A stretch of DNA of 64,000 nt, taken from positions 96,001 to 160,000 of the forward strand of contig JANMPT010000024.1 in assembly GCA_031370005.1 (NCBI GenBank), in the 5' to 3' direction. Within the stretch, counting starts at the first letter, position 1, and every line of letters begins with the position of its first letter. Below, one piece after another: positions 1-9,445 of the stretch. Source of the DNA: Bdellovibrionales bacterium. Lineage in GTDB: Bacteria > Bdellovibrionota > Bdellovibrionia > Bdellovibrionales > Bdellovibrionaceae. The notes beneath the pieces were generated by a model. The model worked only from the letters and a program-made list of their open reading frames with translations, was not told where the DNA came from and searched no databases. A program made the translations under genes and the position numbers.

Positions 1-76
1 TTAAGGTCTTGATATCCTATTGTTGGATCCACTTCACTGAACGTAGAAATTTCGCGCAAGCGAAGGAGGAAGTAAA

Positions 77-937
77 ATGGAAAAGAAAAATATGAATTTC
101 AAAAGAGTTTCTATATTAACAACGGCTTTGGCTTTTTCAATCGCGACAGTTGGATGCGGCAAAAAGCAAGTAACATCTACTGTGTCTTCATCTTTGAGTA
201 TGACGGCCGCCAATAAAACTGCGACCGTAGCGATGAAACCATCCTTGCTTGACCTATTGATGCCAAAGGCAATGGCTTTGATTCCATCGACAATCGTGGA
301 TTCAACCGGCCTAAGTATTGCTCTTAATAGTTCATGGGTAGTGATCAAGGAAGTGGAATTTGAAGCAGCTGAGCTGCCGGGGGCTGGAGAAGTTGACGGC
401 ACTGAGATTTCTTTTAAGGGCCCTTACTTTGTTGATATGCTCTCAAATGCACCTGCCGTGCTAGATAACCAAGCGATTCCGGCGGCACCATTTCAAAGAA
501 TTAAAATGAAATTGGAAAAAGCCGGTGGCGCAGCAGTGCCTACGAGTGCTCCCGCGGCCCTTGCCACTAACAGTATCTATTTGTCGGGGGTTATCGGCAC
601 GGGCTCTTCGGCAGTGAATTTCCAATATCAGTCTGACGATGGTACGGAATTGAACGTTGGTGGCCCGGCGGCGGTAACACCAGCAGACGGCGGACAAATT
701 CTTGTTGAGATTAACTACTCTAATATTTTTAAACAGATCAACATGTCGAGTGTTTTAAATAATGAGTTGATCAGTTCGGCGAATCGTCATGCGGGGGCTC
801 ATCTTTGTGATTCTATAAATCTTAGTGCCGGCGATATCTACACATGCATTCGCAAAGGCCTTGAGAAGAACGCAGATGTGGGTGAGGACAATGACCATAG
901 TGACACTCTTGACGCAAATGAATCAAAAGTAAAATAA
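77..937 (+). CDS. Lipoprotein of unknown function, paralog of 1816..2652
   Basis: GGAGG RBS, signal peptide with lipobox TVGC, shares EVDG.E..F.GPY..DML block, a Cys pair and a C-terminal acidic EF-hand-like loop with 1816..2652. Confidence 0.8.
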   Translation: MEKKNMNFKRVSILTTALAFSIATVGCGKKQVTSTVSSSLSMTAANKTATVAMKPSLLDLLMPKAMALIPSTIVDSTGLSIALNSSWVVIKEVEFEAAELPGAGEVDGTEISFKGPYFVDMLSNAPAVLDNQAIPAAPFQRIKMKLEKAGGAAVPTSAPAALATNSIYLSGVIGTGSSAVNFQYQSDDGTELNVGGPAAVTPADGGQILVEINYSNIFKQINMSSVLNNELISSANRHAGAHLCDSINLSAGDIYTCIRKGLEKNADVGEDNDHSDTLDANESKVK

Positions 938-949
938 GTAGGTAGGAAA

Positions 950-1813
950 ATGACAGAGGCCAAAAAACTCAAAACAGTCATAGAGAACTCCCAACCCAAC
1001 GTCTTCGAATACGAAGACGTTGGGTCTTTTTTAAATGACTGGTTGGGATATTTAAAGGCTAATAAAAAAATGAGCCTTCGCCAAATCACCAGGGAATCTG
1101 AAATTTCCGCAGGCTATCTTTCTATGGTTTTAAGTGGCAAGCGACGACTCACCAAAAAGGCATTAGAAAAAATATTGATACACCTAAGGCTAAGTCAACA
1201 AGAACGTCGTTTTTTGGAGCTACTCCACACGGTCGGAGAGTCTGAATCGGCTCCAACGAGGGTTGAGGCCCTCAGTGAAATGGCTAGGCTGTCCGCCTTC
1301 AGAAGAGTGAATCAGAAAGAGCATGATACCTATAGATATCTGACTAAGTGGTACTATGTCGCAATTCGAGAAATGGTTTTACTTCCTGATTTTCAGGATA
1401 GCCCCCAATGGATTCAGGAAAGATTGCGTGGTAAAATAGGTCTCAGAGAGGTGACAGAGGCTCTGGAGTTTCTCGAAGAACGAGGTCTGATTGCACGCGA
1501 TGCCAACGGAAAAAGAACTCTTAACGCGCTTGATTTACAATGCAAGGAAGGGGTTTATAAAATTAGTTTGGGCGAGTTTCATCGCCAGGCTTTGGAAATG
1601 GCACACAAGTCCATCCATGAGGTTGCGCGTGATCGCCGGTACATATTGGGGCGCACAGTGGCAATTTCAAAGGCAGAGTTTTTACGAGCCAAAGAAATTT
1701 TTGATGAGGCCTTAAAAAAAATTGAAGTTCTAGGGCAAGGGGCAGATGTCTCAAAAGAGGTTTATCACTTTGAACTTGTTGCATTTCCTATGACAGAAAA
1801 ACAGGATGGTTAA
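950..1813 (+). CDS. TIGR02147/DUF4423 family HTH protein
   Basis: N-terminal VFEYED motif, Xre-like HTH (SLRQIT...SAGYLSMVLSGKRRLT), KWYYVAIREMV, EFHRQALEMA, C-terminal VYHFELVAFP. Confidence 0.88.
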   Translation: MTEAKKLKTVIENSQPNVFEYEDVGSFLNDWLGYLKANKKMSLRQITRESEISAGYLSMVLSGKRRLTKKALEKILIHLRLSQQERRFLELLHTVGESESAPTRVEALSEMARLSAFRRVNQKEHDTYRYLTKWYYVAIREMVLLPDFQDSPQWIQERLRGKIGLREVTEALEFLEERGLIARDANGKRTLNALDLQCKEGVYKISLGEFHRQALEMAHKSIHEVARDRRYILGRTVAISKAEFLRAKEIFDEALKKIEVLGQGADVSKEVYHFELVAFPMTEKQDG

Positions 1814-1815
1814 AA

Positions 1816-2652
1816 ATGAAAAAAGTCATTTTCTTAACAATACTAGTTTTGATTTCAGGTTGCGGGCCGAAAAATCAAGGTACCTCCACCGGGAATCCCT
1901 TGGTAAGTCTGTCCATGACATCTTCGGGGACTGCGACAACGGTGGCAAAATCTCTTTATGAGAGGCTCTTCTCATGGTTGGTGCCTAAAAGCGTGGCAAT
2001 GCCACCACCAGGCTCGATGGTGGACTCTGCAGGTAATACCATTATTATTTCAGATTTTTGGATTTCCTTAGGACAAATTGAATTTAAATATTTTGAATTT
2101 CCAGAGGCCAGCGAGGTTGATGGTAGCGAAGTGGAGTTTCAAGGTCCGTACACTATTGATATGCTAGCAAGTTCGCCCACACCCTTTTCAGCCGGAAATC
2201 TTGTTGTGAGTCAATTTAGACGGCTCAAGTACAAATTAAAAAAAGTTAGTTCACTTCCAACGACAGCGCCTGTGGCTTTGTCTGGCAATGCCATATTTAT
2301 TTCGGGGTCAGTGAATGGCAAGTCTTTCACTTTCAGAACGACCACAGAGATTGAAATGTCGGTGAGTGGTGCGAATCTCATCGGCGCCCAAAATAATGAC
2401 CGGCTTTTATTGCAAATCAAACTGGCCAATTTAATTAAAAAAATTGATTTCACTGCCATTATCTCGGCAACAAACACATCCATTGATGAAAGCAATAGAG
2501 TGAGTGTCAGCGGGACCCCTTGCCAGTTTATTAACTCGTCTGCCACCGAGCTCTATGTGTGCCTGATGAGTGGTTTTTCCTCCGAGGCCAACTTAGGGAA
2601 AGATCTTGACGGCAACGGGGAGCTGGAACCAACGGAACCAGCTGTAAAATAA
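1816..2652 (+). CDS. Lipoprotein of unknown function, paralog of 77..937
   Basis: Lipobox ISGC followed by GTSTGNP; C-terminal DLDGNGELEPTE EF-hand-like loop. Confidence 0.8.
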   Translation: MKKVIFLTILVLISGCGPKNQGTSTGNPLVSLSMTSSGTATTVAKSLYERLFSWLVPKSVAMPPPGSMVDSAGNTIIISDFWISLGQIEFKYFEFPEASEVDGSEVEFQGPYTIDMLASSPTPFSAGNLVVSQFRRLKYKLKKVSSLPTTAPVALSGNAIFISGSVNGKSFTFRTTTEIEMSVSGANLIGAQNNDRLLLQIKLANLIKKIDFTAIISATNTSIDESNRVSVSGTPCQFINSSATELYVCLMSGFSSEANLGKDLDGNGELEPTEPAVK

Positions 2653-2665
2653 CTAATCCGATGCC

Positions 2666-3520
2666 TTATTGCCAGATATTTGGTATCGGAGTGGCAGTAG
2701 TATCCTGTTTTCCTAAGCTATCCAAGTTCCAATTATCCTCCATTAAGTTTAATAGAGAATAAAGATTCAATGAAGTTGAGATGATATTGGGTTTTACCGC
2801 AGGGCCGACGATACTTGCATAAATCTGATTTTTTGTGCTGACACCGCTCTCGTCAAAGCTTGTAATTAAGATGGTGTTTGTCATAAAACGTGAATCATTC
2901 AAATAGCCAGAAAATCTTTGCGCATACCATTTATCTGCATAAGCTACGTTCGTATCGTGCCCATCATTTTTTTCGTTTGGGATATAAAAGACGTAATTTG
3001 GAAGAGTGCCATTTTGAACATCATGATCAAACTGAGTTGCATTCGTGACATTCGCACAGCGTGTAGGATTTTTCTGAATATTCAAATAACTTATGAATGG
3101 ATTATGTTTTCGTGCATAGTTTCCACTGGCCCCGCCGGTAAAGCAATGATCAGGATAGTCTTCAGCGTATATTTTCCAAGTGAGCCCTTTGGCTTCAAGT
3201 AAGTCGGTAATATTGTTTACGTTTAGATCGATATTGCCATCATTCTTAACGCCATTAAGTGCGCCTGACGTGAGTGCAACGTAATTTCCTTGAGATGGAT
3301 GAGCGAGAGCCATGAAGTTAGAAAAATGTGCGCCCTTATCTGCGAGCTGCTTAAAAAATGGTTGTTTAATTGCATCCGAATAGTTCGTATTTTCAAATAG
3401 GACAAAAATAGCTCTATCAAAATACTTACCAGTTTGCGGGCTTGCAAAAGCTAATACTGGTGAGATGAGAAATGCGATACATGACAGTGTAAATGATCCC
3501 CTGTTCATTGATATACTCAT
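2666..3520 (-). CDS. Secreted acid phosphatase/phosphoesterase (alkaline-phosphatase superfamily)
   Basis: FVLFEN, HPSQGNY, YARKHNPF, NDGHD, ITSFDE motifs; start moved to ATG at 3520 behind a GGGGG RBS. Confidence 0.85.
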   Translation of the reverse strand: MSISMNRGSFTLSCIAFLISPVLAFASPQTGKYFDRAIFVLFENTNYSDAIKQPFFKQLADKGAHFSNFMALAHPSQGNYVALTSGALNGVKNDGNIDLNVNNITDLLEAKGLTWKIYAEDYPDHCFTGGASGNYARKHNPFISYLNIQKNPTRCANVTNATQFDHDVQNGTLPNYVFYIPNEKNDGHDTNVAYADKWYAQRFSGYLNDSRFMTNTILITSFDESGVSTKNQIYASIVGPAVKPNIISTSLNLYSLLNLMEDNWNLDSLGKQDTTATPIPNIWQ

Positions 3521-3536
3521 AGTACCCCCGGCCAAG

Positions 3537-3571
3537 ATTATAAGGGGGTAAGATGAACAGAAGATGAACAG
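3537..3571 (-). promoter_or_regulatory. -10 box (TATAAT) plus tandem 11-bp direct repeat; likely OmpR-family regulator box
   Basis: Perfect AAGATGAACAG x2 at 3550-3571; the TTCAT half-site lies 10 bp from TATAAT (3537-3542) on the minus strand. Confidence 0.7.
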
Positions 3572-3588
3572 GAGATTCTTACTTAAAA

Positions 3589-3933
3589 CTAATTATTTGA
3601 ACTCTCTTTCGCATCTTCAAGGAGCTCTTTTTTTTCATCCGCAGCCGTCTCCACATGAACATCAAGAATTTTTCCGTTAAGGGCATCAACGTGAACTTCG
3701 TGTACGTTTTTGTCGCCTTTTGACTTCAAATCGAACGAATAGATCCAATGACCGTACTCGAACTCCAGCTCTTCCCCCAGAATTTTTCCGTGATAAGTGG
3801 CGATTGCCATTTCACGTGCTTTTTCAATCGGAATACGGTTTGTGGGAGGGGCCTCATTGGCTGTTGACAGATTTGGCGTACAGGCAAAAGCTACTAAAAC
3901 CATCCAGATTTTTCCATTAGTAATGTGTCGCAT
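3589..3933 (-). CDS. Secreted PepSY-domain protein
   Basis: Signal peptide; IPIEKAREMA...ELE...YSFDL...EVHVDALNGKIL PepSY pattern. Confidence 0.85.
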   Translation of the reverse strand: MRHITNGKIWMVLVAFACTPNLSTANEAPPTNRIPIEKAREMAIATYHGKILGEELEFEYGHWIYSFDLKSKGDKNVHEVHVDALNGKILDVHVETAADEKKELLEDAKESSNN

Positions 3934-3959
3934 ATAATCTCCTTTGTTATTGAAATATC

Positions 3960-3992
3960 AGTATAGAACTGCAACATGAACACAGGATGAAT
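3960..3992 (-). promoter_or_regulatory. -10 box (TATACT) plus TTCAT-N6-TTCAT direct repeat; second OmpR-type box
   Basis: ATGAA at 3976-3980 and 3987-3991 (11-bp period); 10 bp gap to TATACT at 3960-3965, same geometry as 3537-3571. Confidence 0.65.
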
Positions 3993-4077
3993 GGACGTCC
4001 TAGGCCTGTGTGGTCTTGTAACTTACGGAAAGACGCTGTAAATCAGATGACAGAAATAAATAAATGAGGAAACGTCT

Positions 4078-4743
4078 ATGCGTTTATTAATTGTAGAAGA
4101 CCAGCCACTGATTGGAAAGGCCCTTAAAAAAGGCCTTACGGAAGAGGCTTTCGCAGTGGATTGGGTTACTAATCTGACCGATGGAATTCATTTGGCGAAT
4201 GAATTTGAATACGACACTTTGATTTTAGACCTCATGCTTCCCGATGGTTCTGGCTTAGTTCTTCTTGAGAAACTTAGAAAAAGCGGTCAAAAAATTCCGA
4301 TCCTAATTCTAACAGCGAAGGACACGATTCAAGATAAGATTCTTGGCTTTAGCATGGGAGGCGATGATTATCTGACAAAGCCATTTGTTTTCGAAGAGTT
4401 GCTATCCCGAGTGCGTGCTCTAACAAGAAGAAAATACCAATTCTATGGTGATGTATTAGAGGCAGGTGCTTTAAGGTTGAATCCTATTTCACGAACGGTG
4501 ACGTCTGCTGGCAAGCCATTAGCTCTCACTGCCATGGAGTTTGCCGTTCTGGAGTTTTTTCTTTTGCGCAAGTCTCATGTTCTTTCACGAAAGAAGATTG
4601 CTGAACACATTTACACTGAAGAGGCTGAGCAAGGTAGCAATGTAATTGATGTTTTTATTAACAAACTTCGGCGGAAGCTTGAGGCTGCTGAGGCGGGCTT
4701 ACTCATAGAGACTATACGTGGTGAAGGTTACGTGATTCGGTGA
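4078..4743 (+). CDS. OmpR/PhoB-family response regulator
   Basis: REC motifs (IVED, LDLMLP, LTA, KPF) plus winged helix (NVIDVFINKLRRKL, TIRGEGY). Confidence 0.95.
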   Translation: MRLLIVEDQPLIGKALKKGLTEEAFAVDWVTNLTDGIHLANEFEYDTLILDLMLPDGSGLVLLEKLRKSGQKIPILILTAKDTIQDKILGFSMGGDDYLTKPFVFEELLSRVRALTRRKYQFYGDVLEAGALRLNPISRTVTSAGKPLALTAMEFAVLEFFLLRKSHVLSRKKIAEHIYTEEAEQGSNVIDVFINKLRRKLEAAEAGLLIETIRGEGYVIR

Positions 4744-6161
4744 AATCACTTTCGCTTTCTACAAAGTTGTTTCTCGTCTCCAGTCTGATTTTAGTTCTAT
4801 TTTGCTTCGCAAGTGTGGGAATTTTATATCGCGCCCAAAGGCAACAGGCGACAGCAGAAATGGATATGCTCTTAAAAAATCAATCAATTGCACTTTCTGC
4901 GCTCGTTAATACAACAGCAACTGGAAACTTAGATTTCGAAATGTCGCCTGCTTTTATTTCTCAATATTCAGTTCAAAATCCCAAAGCATTTTTTCGATTT
5001 TTTGATTATAGAGACAATAAACTTTTAAAAGAAAGTGTCGACGCGTTCCCAGTGGGTTGTAATACGTATTCTGAAAAATCCGATGTTGTCATTGACGGAA
5101 TTCTTTTTCGCTTAAGATCGGTTATATTTAGTCCTGATCCTGATAGCGGCGTTGAGCGCTCTCGGTCAACTTCACCTCGGCGAGTATGCCTTGTTATGGG
5201 AATCGATCAAGCTCCCTATCAATCGCTAGTAGTTCAGACACTTTTTTCATCAATTCCGGTTTTAGTTTTTATAGTTATTCTACTAATTGTGGCGCTGGTG
5301 TTTTTGGTTCGTAATCTGACCAGTGATTTGTCGGCTCTGACAGCCGCTTTAGCAACTGCTGATTTTGGGGCAAAGCATGAATTTCCAGTTTTACCTGCGG
5401 CTAATACTCCAGAAGTTAAAGCCGTTGTTGCAAATCTAGTTAAGCTTCACGTCCAGGCAGCAGAAGTCTACCGAGAGATGTGGCTTTTTCTTGGAAGAGC
5501 CTCTCACCAACTTAAAACTCCTGTTGCAGCGATTCAGGCAACCTTAGAGGTTCTCATCAGAAGAGAGCGATCAAAGGAAGAGCTGCTTTTAGGCTTGGCA
5601 GATATCAAGTTGGCAACTACGCAACTGAACCATCTTACAAAAAATCTAATTTCTTCTTCTCGGATTTCATATGAGGAATCATCGCAACGACGTGAGTTGA
5701 TGGATCTTGTTGGTTTTATTTCAACACAAGTAAGAACATTTAAGGCCCAAGCAGATCAGTTGGGGATTTCAATTGTGATGGGTGCGAATTCCCCGATAAT
5801 GGTTCGAGCAAACGCACTCTTGTTGTCTGAAATATTTGGAAATCTAATTGAGAATTCCATCCTTTATTCAACAAACAAAAAACCTTCTTCTATTACAATT
5901 GCTTGCAATATAGAAAATAGAAACGTCGTGGTTTTGATATCGGATCAAGGACCTGGCTTCCCCATGTCAGTTCTACAATCACTTTTTCAGCCATTTATTC
6001 GCGGTGACGAAAGCCGGATTTCTGGCTCAGGCTTGGGTCTTTCAATTGCAAAAAAATCTGCGCAACTGCTGCTAGGTGATATCCTGATCCAAGAAACAAA
6101 TTCCACCGGCTCGAAAGTTGCCGTGATTTTGCCTATACAAATGTCTATACACAATGAGTAA
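4740..6161 (+). CDS. Membrane sensor histidine kinase
   Basis: Two TM segments, H-box ASHQLKTP, N-box NLIENS, DQGPG, GSGLGL; GTGA overlap with the response regulator. Confidence 0.92.
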   Translation: MKSLSLSTKLFLVSSLILVLFCFASVGILYRAQRQQATAEMDMLLKNQSIALSALVNTTATGNLDFEMSPAFISQYSVQNPKAFFRFFDYRDNKLLKESVDAFPVGCNTYSEKSDVVIDGILFRLRSVIFSPDPDSGVERSRSTSPRRVCLVMGIDQAPYQSLVVQTLFSSIPVLVFIVILLIVALVFLVRNLTSDLSALTAALATADFGAKHEFPVLPAANTPEVKAVVANLVKLHVQAAEVYREMWLFLGRASHQLKTPVAAIQATLEVLIRRERSKEELLLGLADIKLATTQLNHLTKNLISSSRISYEESSQRRELMDLVGFISTQVRTFKAQADQLGISIVMGANSPIMVRANALLLSEIFGNLIENSILYSTNKKPSSITIACNIENRNVVVLISDQGPGFPMSVLQSLFQPFIRGDESRISGSGLGLSIAKKSAQLLLGDILIQETNSTGSKVAVILPIQMSIHNE

Positions 6162-6179
6162 GAACAATATTCTAAATAT

Positions 6180-6560
6180 TTATCCAGCCATTTTTATGGA
6201 TTTAATTCTTGTTTCAATTGCATTGAAAGCTTCCGTTTCCATTCCCGATCGGTAAAGTTTTAGTGAATCACGAAGATCATCAATAACTTGAAGGATCACG
6301 CTTGTTAATTGCTTGCCCAATTCAGAACTAAGCGCACTTTCTAGTTCGTGCATAACGGTGCCAAATTTTCCAAAACTGACAGCTTGCGCACTTCCTTTCA
6401 GACAGTGCAGAGCTCTTTTAATAATATCTATGTGCTCAGGCTTTGGTGTGTTTTCATAATTAAGAAGCGCTTCTTCACAATTCGCTAGCAACTCTTCTGC
6501 CTCATTGCAAAAATACATGCGCAATTCGCGAATTAGGGAGTCATCTAATTGGTTTTTCAT
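6180..6560 (-). CDS. Standalone Hpt (CheA P1-like) phosphotransfer protein
   Basis: FCNEAEELL...RALHCLKGSA...MHELE pattern with conserved His. Confidence 0.85.
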   Translation of the reverse strand: MKNQLDDSLIRELRMYFCNEAEELLANCEEALLNYENTPKPEHIDIIKRALHCLKGSAQAVSFGKFGTVMHELESALSSELGKQLTSVILQVIDDLRDSLKLYRSGMETEAFNAIETRIKSIKMAG

Positions 6561-8641
6561 TTACATAGCCTTTTTTTAGTGTTTTGAAATGTGAGGGTGC
6601 TGTTTATTTTATTCATTACAATATAATCAAGTAGCATCACTAGGCCAAAGCGTCCCGAAAGAGCTGCCTTTGTGAATGTGCCATCTGCGAATAAGGGGCC
6701 AGGTAAAGTCTTTACAAGAAGCTCTTCGGATCTTTTAACGTCCATTGCAAAAAAAGCTGCAGCGCCAGCGTCTGTACCAATTGTAATAAGCAGAGATGAG
6801 TTGCTGAGTTCTTCGTTTGCATCAAGTTGAATATTAGAATTGGACGAGTTCAAATATCGACTGAGAGGAAGCGCATAAATATACTGGCCGTTGCAATTTA
6901 AGTAATAAGCCCCATTGGTATATGTCAGGCGACCATTTTCTATCATTTTTTTCGTCTCATTTATTTCCAAAATTTGATCATATAAAATTGCGACTTGATT
7001 TGTTGGATCGACACCTAGAATTACGGCAACTTTGATATTTACGGATTTTACTACTGGTAGCTCGATATCAAATCGTGTTCCGGTCATAGGCTCAGTTTTA
7101 ATGGCGATTTTGCCATTCATTGACTCAATAGATTTTTTTACCATGTCCATTCCGACTCCACGGCCAGAAATATCTGTAACCTTATCCGAAGTGCTAAAGC
7201 CAGAATGAAAAATCCATAATAATACTGCCTCTTGACTCATGTCCGCAGCCTGTGCTTCTGAGCAGAGCTCGCGTTCTATGAGTTTTTTCTTAATATTTAA
7301 AATATTAATGCCACGGCCGTCATCCGCTACGGATAGTTTAATTTGACTGTCTGTCAATTGAAGCGAGATTGTTAAAGTTGCTTCTTCGGCTTTCCCTGTT
7401 TGGATTCTTTCCGCTGGTGGCTCAATGCCATGGTCCATTGAGTTCCGAATAAGATGTACGAGGGAGTCCGCAAGCGCTTTTGCAATATTATAATCTAGCA
7501 AGAGCGATTCGCCTTCAATTTTGAGTTGAACTTTTTTGTTCATTTTAAGGGCGGTATCTCGCACCATCCGCTTTAATGGCTTTAATAAGTCTGCAAAAGC
7601 TACTTTTTTTAGATCCGAGGCCTTATTTTGTAAAAATGAATTTTCCTTCTGAATTTCATCTAAATACTCAACTATACTCAGCAGATTTTTTTCATTTGGA
7701 TATTTTTCAATCAATATTTCTGTTTTTTGCACAAGATAGTTTCGTAAAATCGTTAAATTCCCACTATGCTCAATAAACTCCCCTAAAACCTCAGAGCTAA
7801 CAGATATTTTATGATTGGTCTTCGGCGCCTCGTCCTTTTTTTGATCAGAGCTGTCTTCAATTACATCTGGTATCATTTCCTTTTCACCAGACAGGAGAGC
7901 TCGCCAGTAGTCTGCATTATAATCAGGTGTTTTTCCGAGAATGATATCCTCAAACATCATGTGCATCTGTTCGCATGCCTGGAGTAGACTTGTAAACAGA
8001 TAAATGGGTGTTTTCATATTTTGATTGCTAATTTTAGCAATGCTGTCTTCACAGTCGTGCGAAAAGCTAGAGATAGAATTTAGCCCGATACAGGCCGCTG
8101 TACCTTTGATTGTGTGCAAGGCACGGCAAACCCCGCTTAAAATATCTTTGTTGTCTGGTTCTGTCTCTAGCTGAAGAAGAAGGTTTTCCATTTCCTCAAG
8201 TTTCGAGGAGGCCTCTTCGACAAAGCCGAGCATCATCTCGCGGGATTCCTTATAGGCAGTGGCATGGTTGGAGTGGGATCCTCGAACGCAATTTTGTAAT
8301 GTTTGAAGGTCGAATGGTTTTGAATAAATTCCGGAAATTTTTGATTTTATGTCCTCAGAGATAGTTTCTGGGGAGAGGTATCCAGAAATTAGCACAAAGG
8401 GAATACTGCTAAACTCAGGGGACAGTAAACTTATTAGTTCAAAGCCATTTATTTCGGGCATATTATAGTCACACAAGATCAGGCAGATTTTTCGTGAGTG
8501 GCTTTTTATATACTCTAATGCCTGTGTAGGTGAGCTCATTGTAATAGGCCTGTAGCCCCACTTTTCAATCCACTGCTTATAGACTTCAAGAATGGCTATT
8601 TCATCGTCAATGCAAAGTATTTCAAAAGAATCGGTATCCAT
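6557..8641 (-). CDS. CheA-like hybrid kinase: N-terminal REC, Hpt, dimerisation, HATPase, divergent CheW-like C-terminus
   Basis: CIDDE/LCDYNMP/KPF receiver; ALHTIKG; HLIRNSMDHG, DDGRG, GFST...SGRGVGMD. Confidence 0.88.
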   Translation of the reverse strand: MDTDSFEILCIDDEIAILEVYKQWIEKWGYRPITMSSPTQALEYIKSHSRKICLILCDYNMPEINGFELISLLSPEFSSIPFVLISGYLSPETISEDIKSKISGIYSKPFDLQTLQNCVRGSHSNHATAYKESREMMLGFVEEASSKLEEMENLLLQLETEPDNKDILSGVCRALHTIKGTAACIGLNSISSFSHDCEDSIAKISNQNMKTPIYLFTSLLQACEQMHMMFEDIILGKTPDYNADYWRALLSGEKEMIPDVIEDSSDQKKDEAPKTNHKISVSSEVLGEFIEHSGNLTILRNYLVQKTEILIEKYPNEKNLLSIVEYLDEIQKENSFLQNKASDLKKVAFADLLKPLKRMVRDTALKMNKKVQLKIEGESLLLDYNIAKALADSLVHLIRNSMDHGIEPPAERIQTGKAEEATLTISLQLTDSQIKLSVADDGRGINILNIKKKLIERELCSEAQAADMSQEAVLLWIFHSGFSTSDKVTDISGRGVGMDMVKKSIESMNGKIAIKTEPMTGTRFDIELPVVKSVNIKVAVILGVDPTNQVAILYDQILEINETKKMIENGRLTYTNGAYYLNCNGQYIYALPLSRYLNSSNSNIQLDANEELSNSSLLITIGTDAGAAAFFAMDVKRSEELLVKTLPGPLFADGTFTKAALSGRFGLVMLLDYIVMNKINSTLTFQNTKKRLCK

Positions 8642-8674
8642 TGAGCCCTTCCTAAAACCTAATAAATATGCAAC

Positions 8675-8701
8675 TTATCGGTTAAGGGGCAGAATCTGTA
8701 A
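8675..8701 (-). promoter_or_regulatory. Candidate sigma28 (FliA) promoter for the cheA-like gene
   Basis: Minus strand reads TTACAG...ACCGATAA; good -10, imperfect -35/spacing. Confidence 0.4.
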
Positions 8702-8797
8702 AGCACTTTTTTTAAACAAACTAAATTCACTTTAAATTGATACGTTTCATAGTGCGGCTGTCTCTTAACAAAACATAAATATTTAAATAAAGCATGT

Positions 8798-8824
8798 TTA
8801 GAATTTTTTTACTCCTTCCGATAA
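8798..8824 (+). promoter_or_regulatory. Candidate sigma28 promoter for the REC/HK/PAS operon
   Basis: TCCGATAA at 8817-8824 with a weak TTAG/TAGAA -35. Confidence 0.35.
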
Positions 8825-8899
8825 GCTATACAAGTTCGTTATTTATAGTAAAAATCAGATATCGATCAAAAGTCGAGTTGCTTCAAAGAGGGGGAGTCG

Positions 8900-9445
8900 T
8901 TGTCTAAGCCAAAATTGCTAATTGTTGATGATGAAGTTGAAATTAGAAGCTCAATTCGGTTTTTCACACAAAATGATTTTGATGTTGTTGAGGCAAGTAA
9001 TGGGCTCGAAGCCCTCCAGATCATTAATAATGAGCCGATTGACCTTTTGCTTTCAGATTACAATATGCCAAATATGGATGGTTTGGAGCTACTCAAAATG
9101 CTCATTGAGAAGGACCATTGTATTCCGGTGATTTGGCTTACGGGAAGGGGCTCGGCGGAGCTTTGTCGATCCACTTGGGCTCTAGGGGTTTATGAGTACC
9201 TTGAAAAACCCTTTAAAGCCAATGAACTGATTCAGTGCTTAAAGGGTGCTGTAGATTTCAAAGATACATATTCAGAAATTAGAAAAATTCGAAGTATCTC
9301 AAAAAAACTATTTGAAGAGCCCAATCTTATTTTTAGCGCGAAAAGCTATCGGCAATTTCATGAGGCGTGTCTGTTGCGCGGGATTTCTGTATCAACAGCA
9401 ATGAGTGAGTTGGTCGAAGAGTATTTAAAGAAGGGTGCTAGTTGA
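8900..9445 (+). CDS. Response regulator: REC plus short C-terminal ribbon-helix-helix-like tail
   Basis: IVDDE, LSDYNMP, LTG, KPF; tail NLIFSAKSYRQFHEACLLRGISVSTAMSELVEEYL resembles ParG/CopG RHH. Confidence 0.8.
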   Translation: MSKPKLLIVDDEVEIRSSIRFFTQNDFDVVEASNGLEALQIINNEPIDLLLSDYNMPNMDGLELLKMLIEKDHCIPVIWLTGRGSAELCRSTWALGVYEYLEKPFKANELIQCLKGAVDFKDTYSEIRKIRSISKKLFEEPNLIFSAKSYRQFHEACLLRGISVSTAMSELVEEYLKKGAS

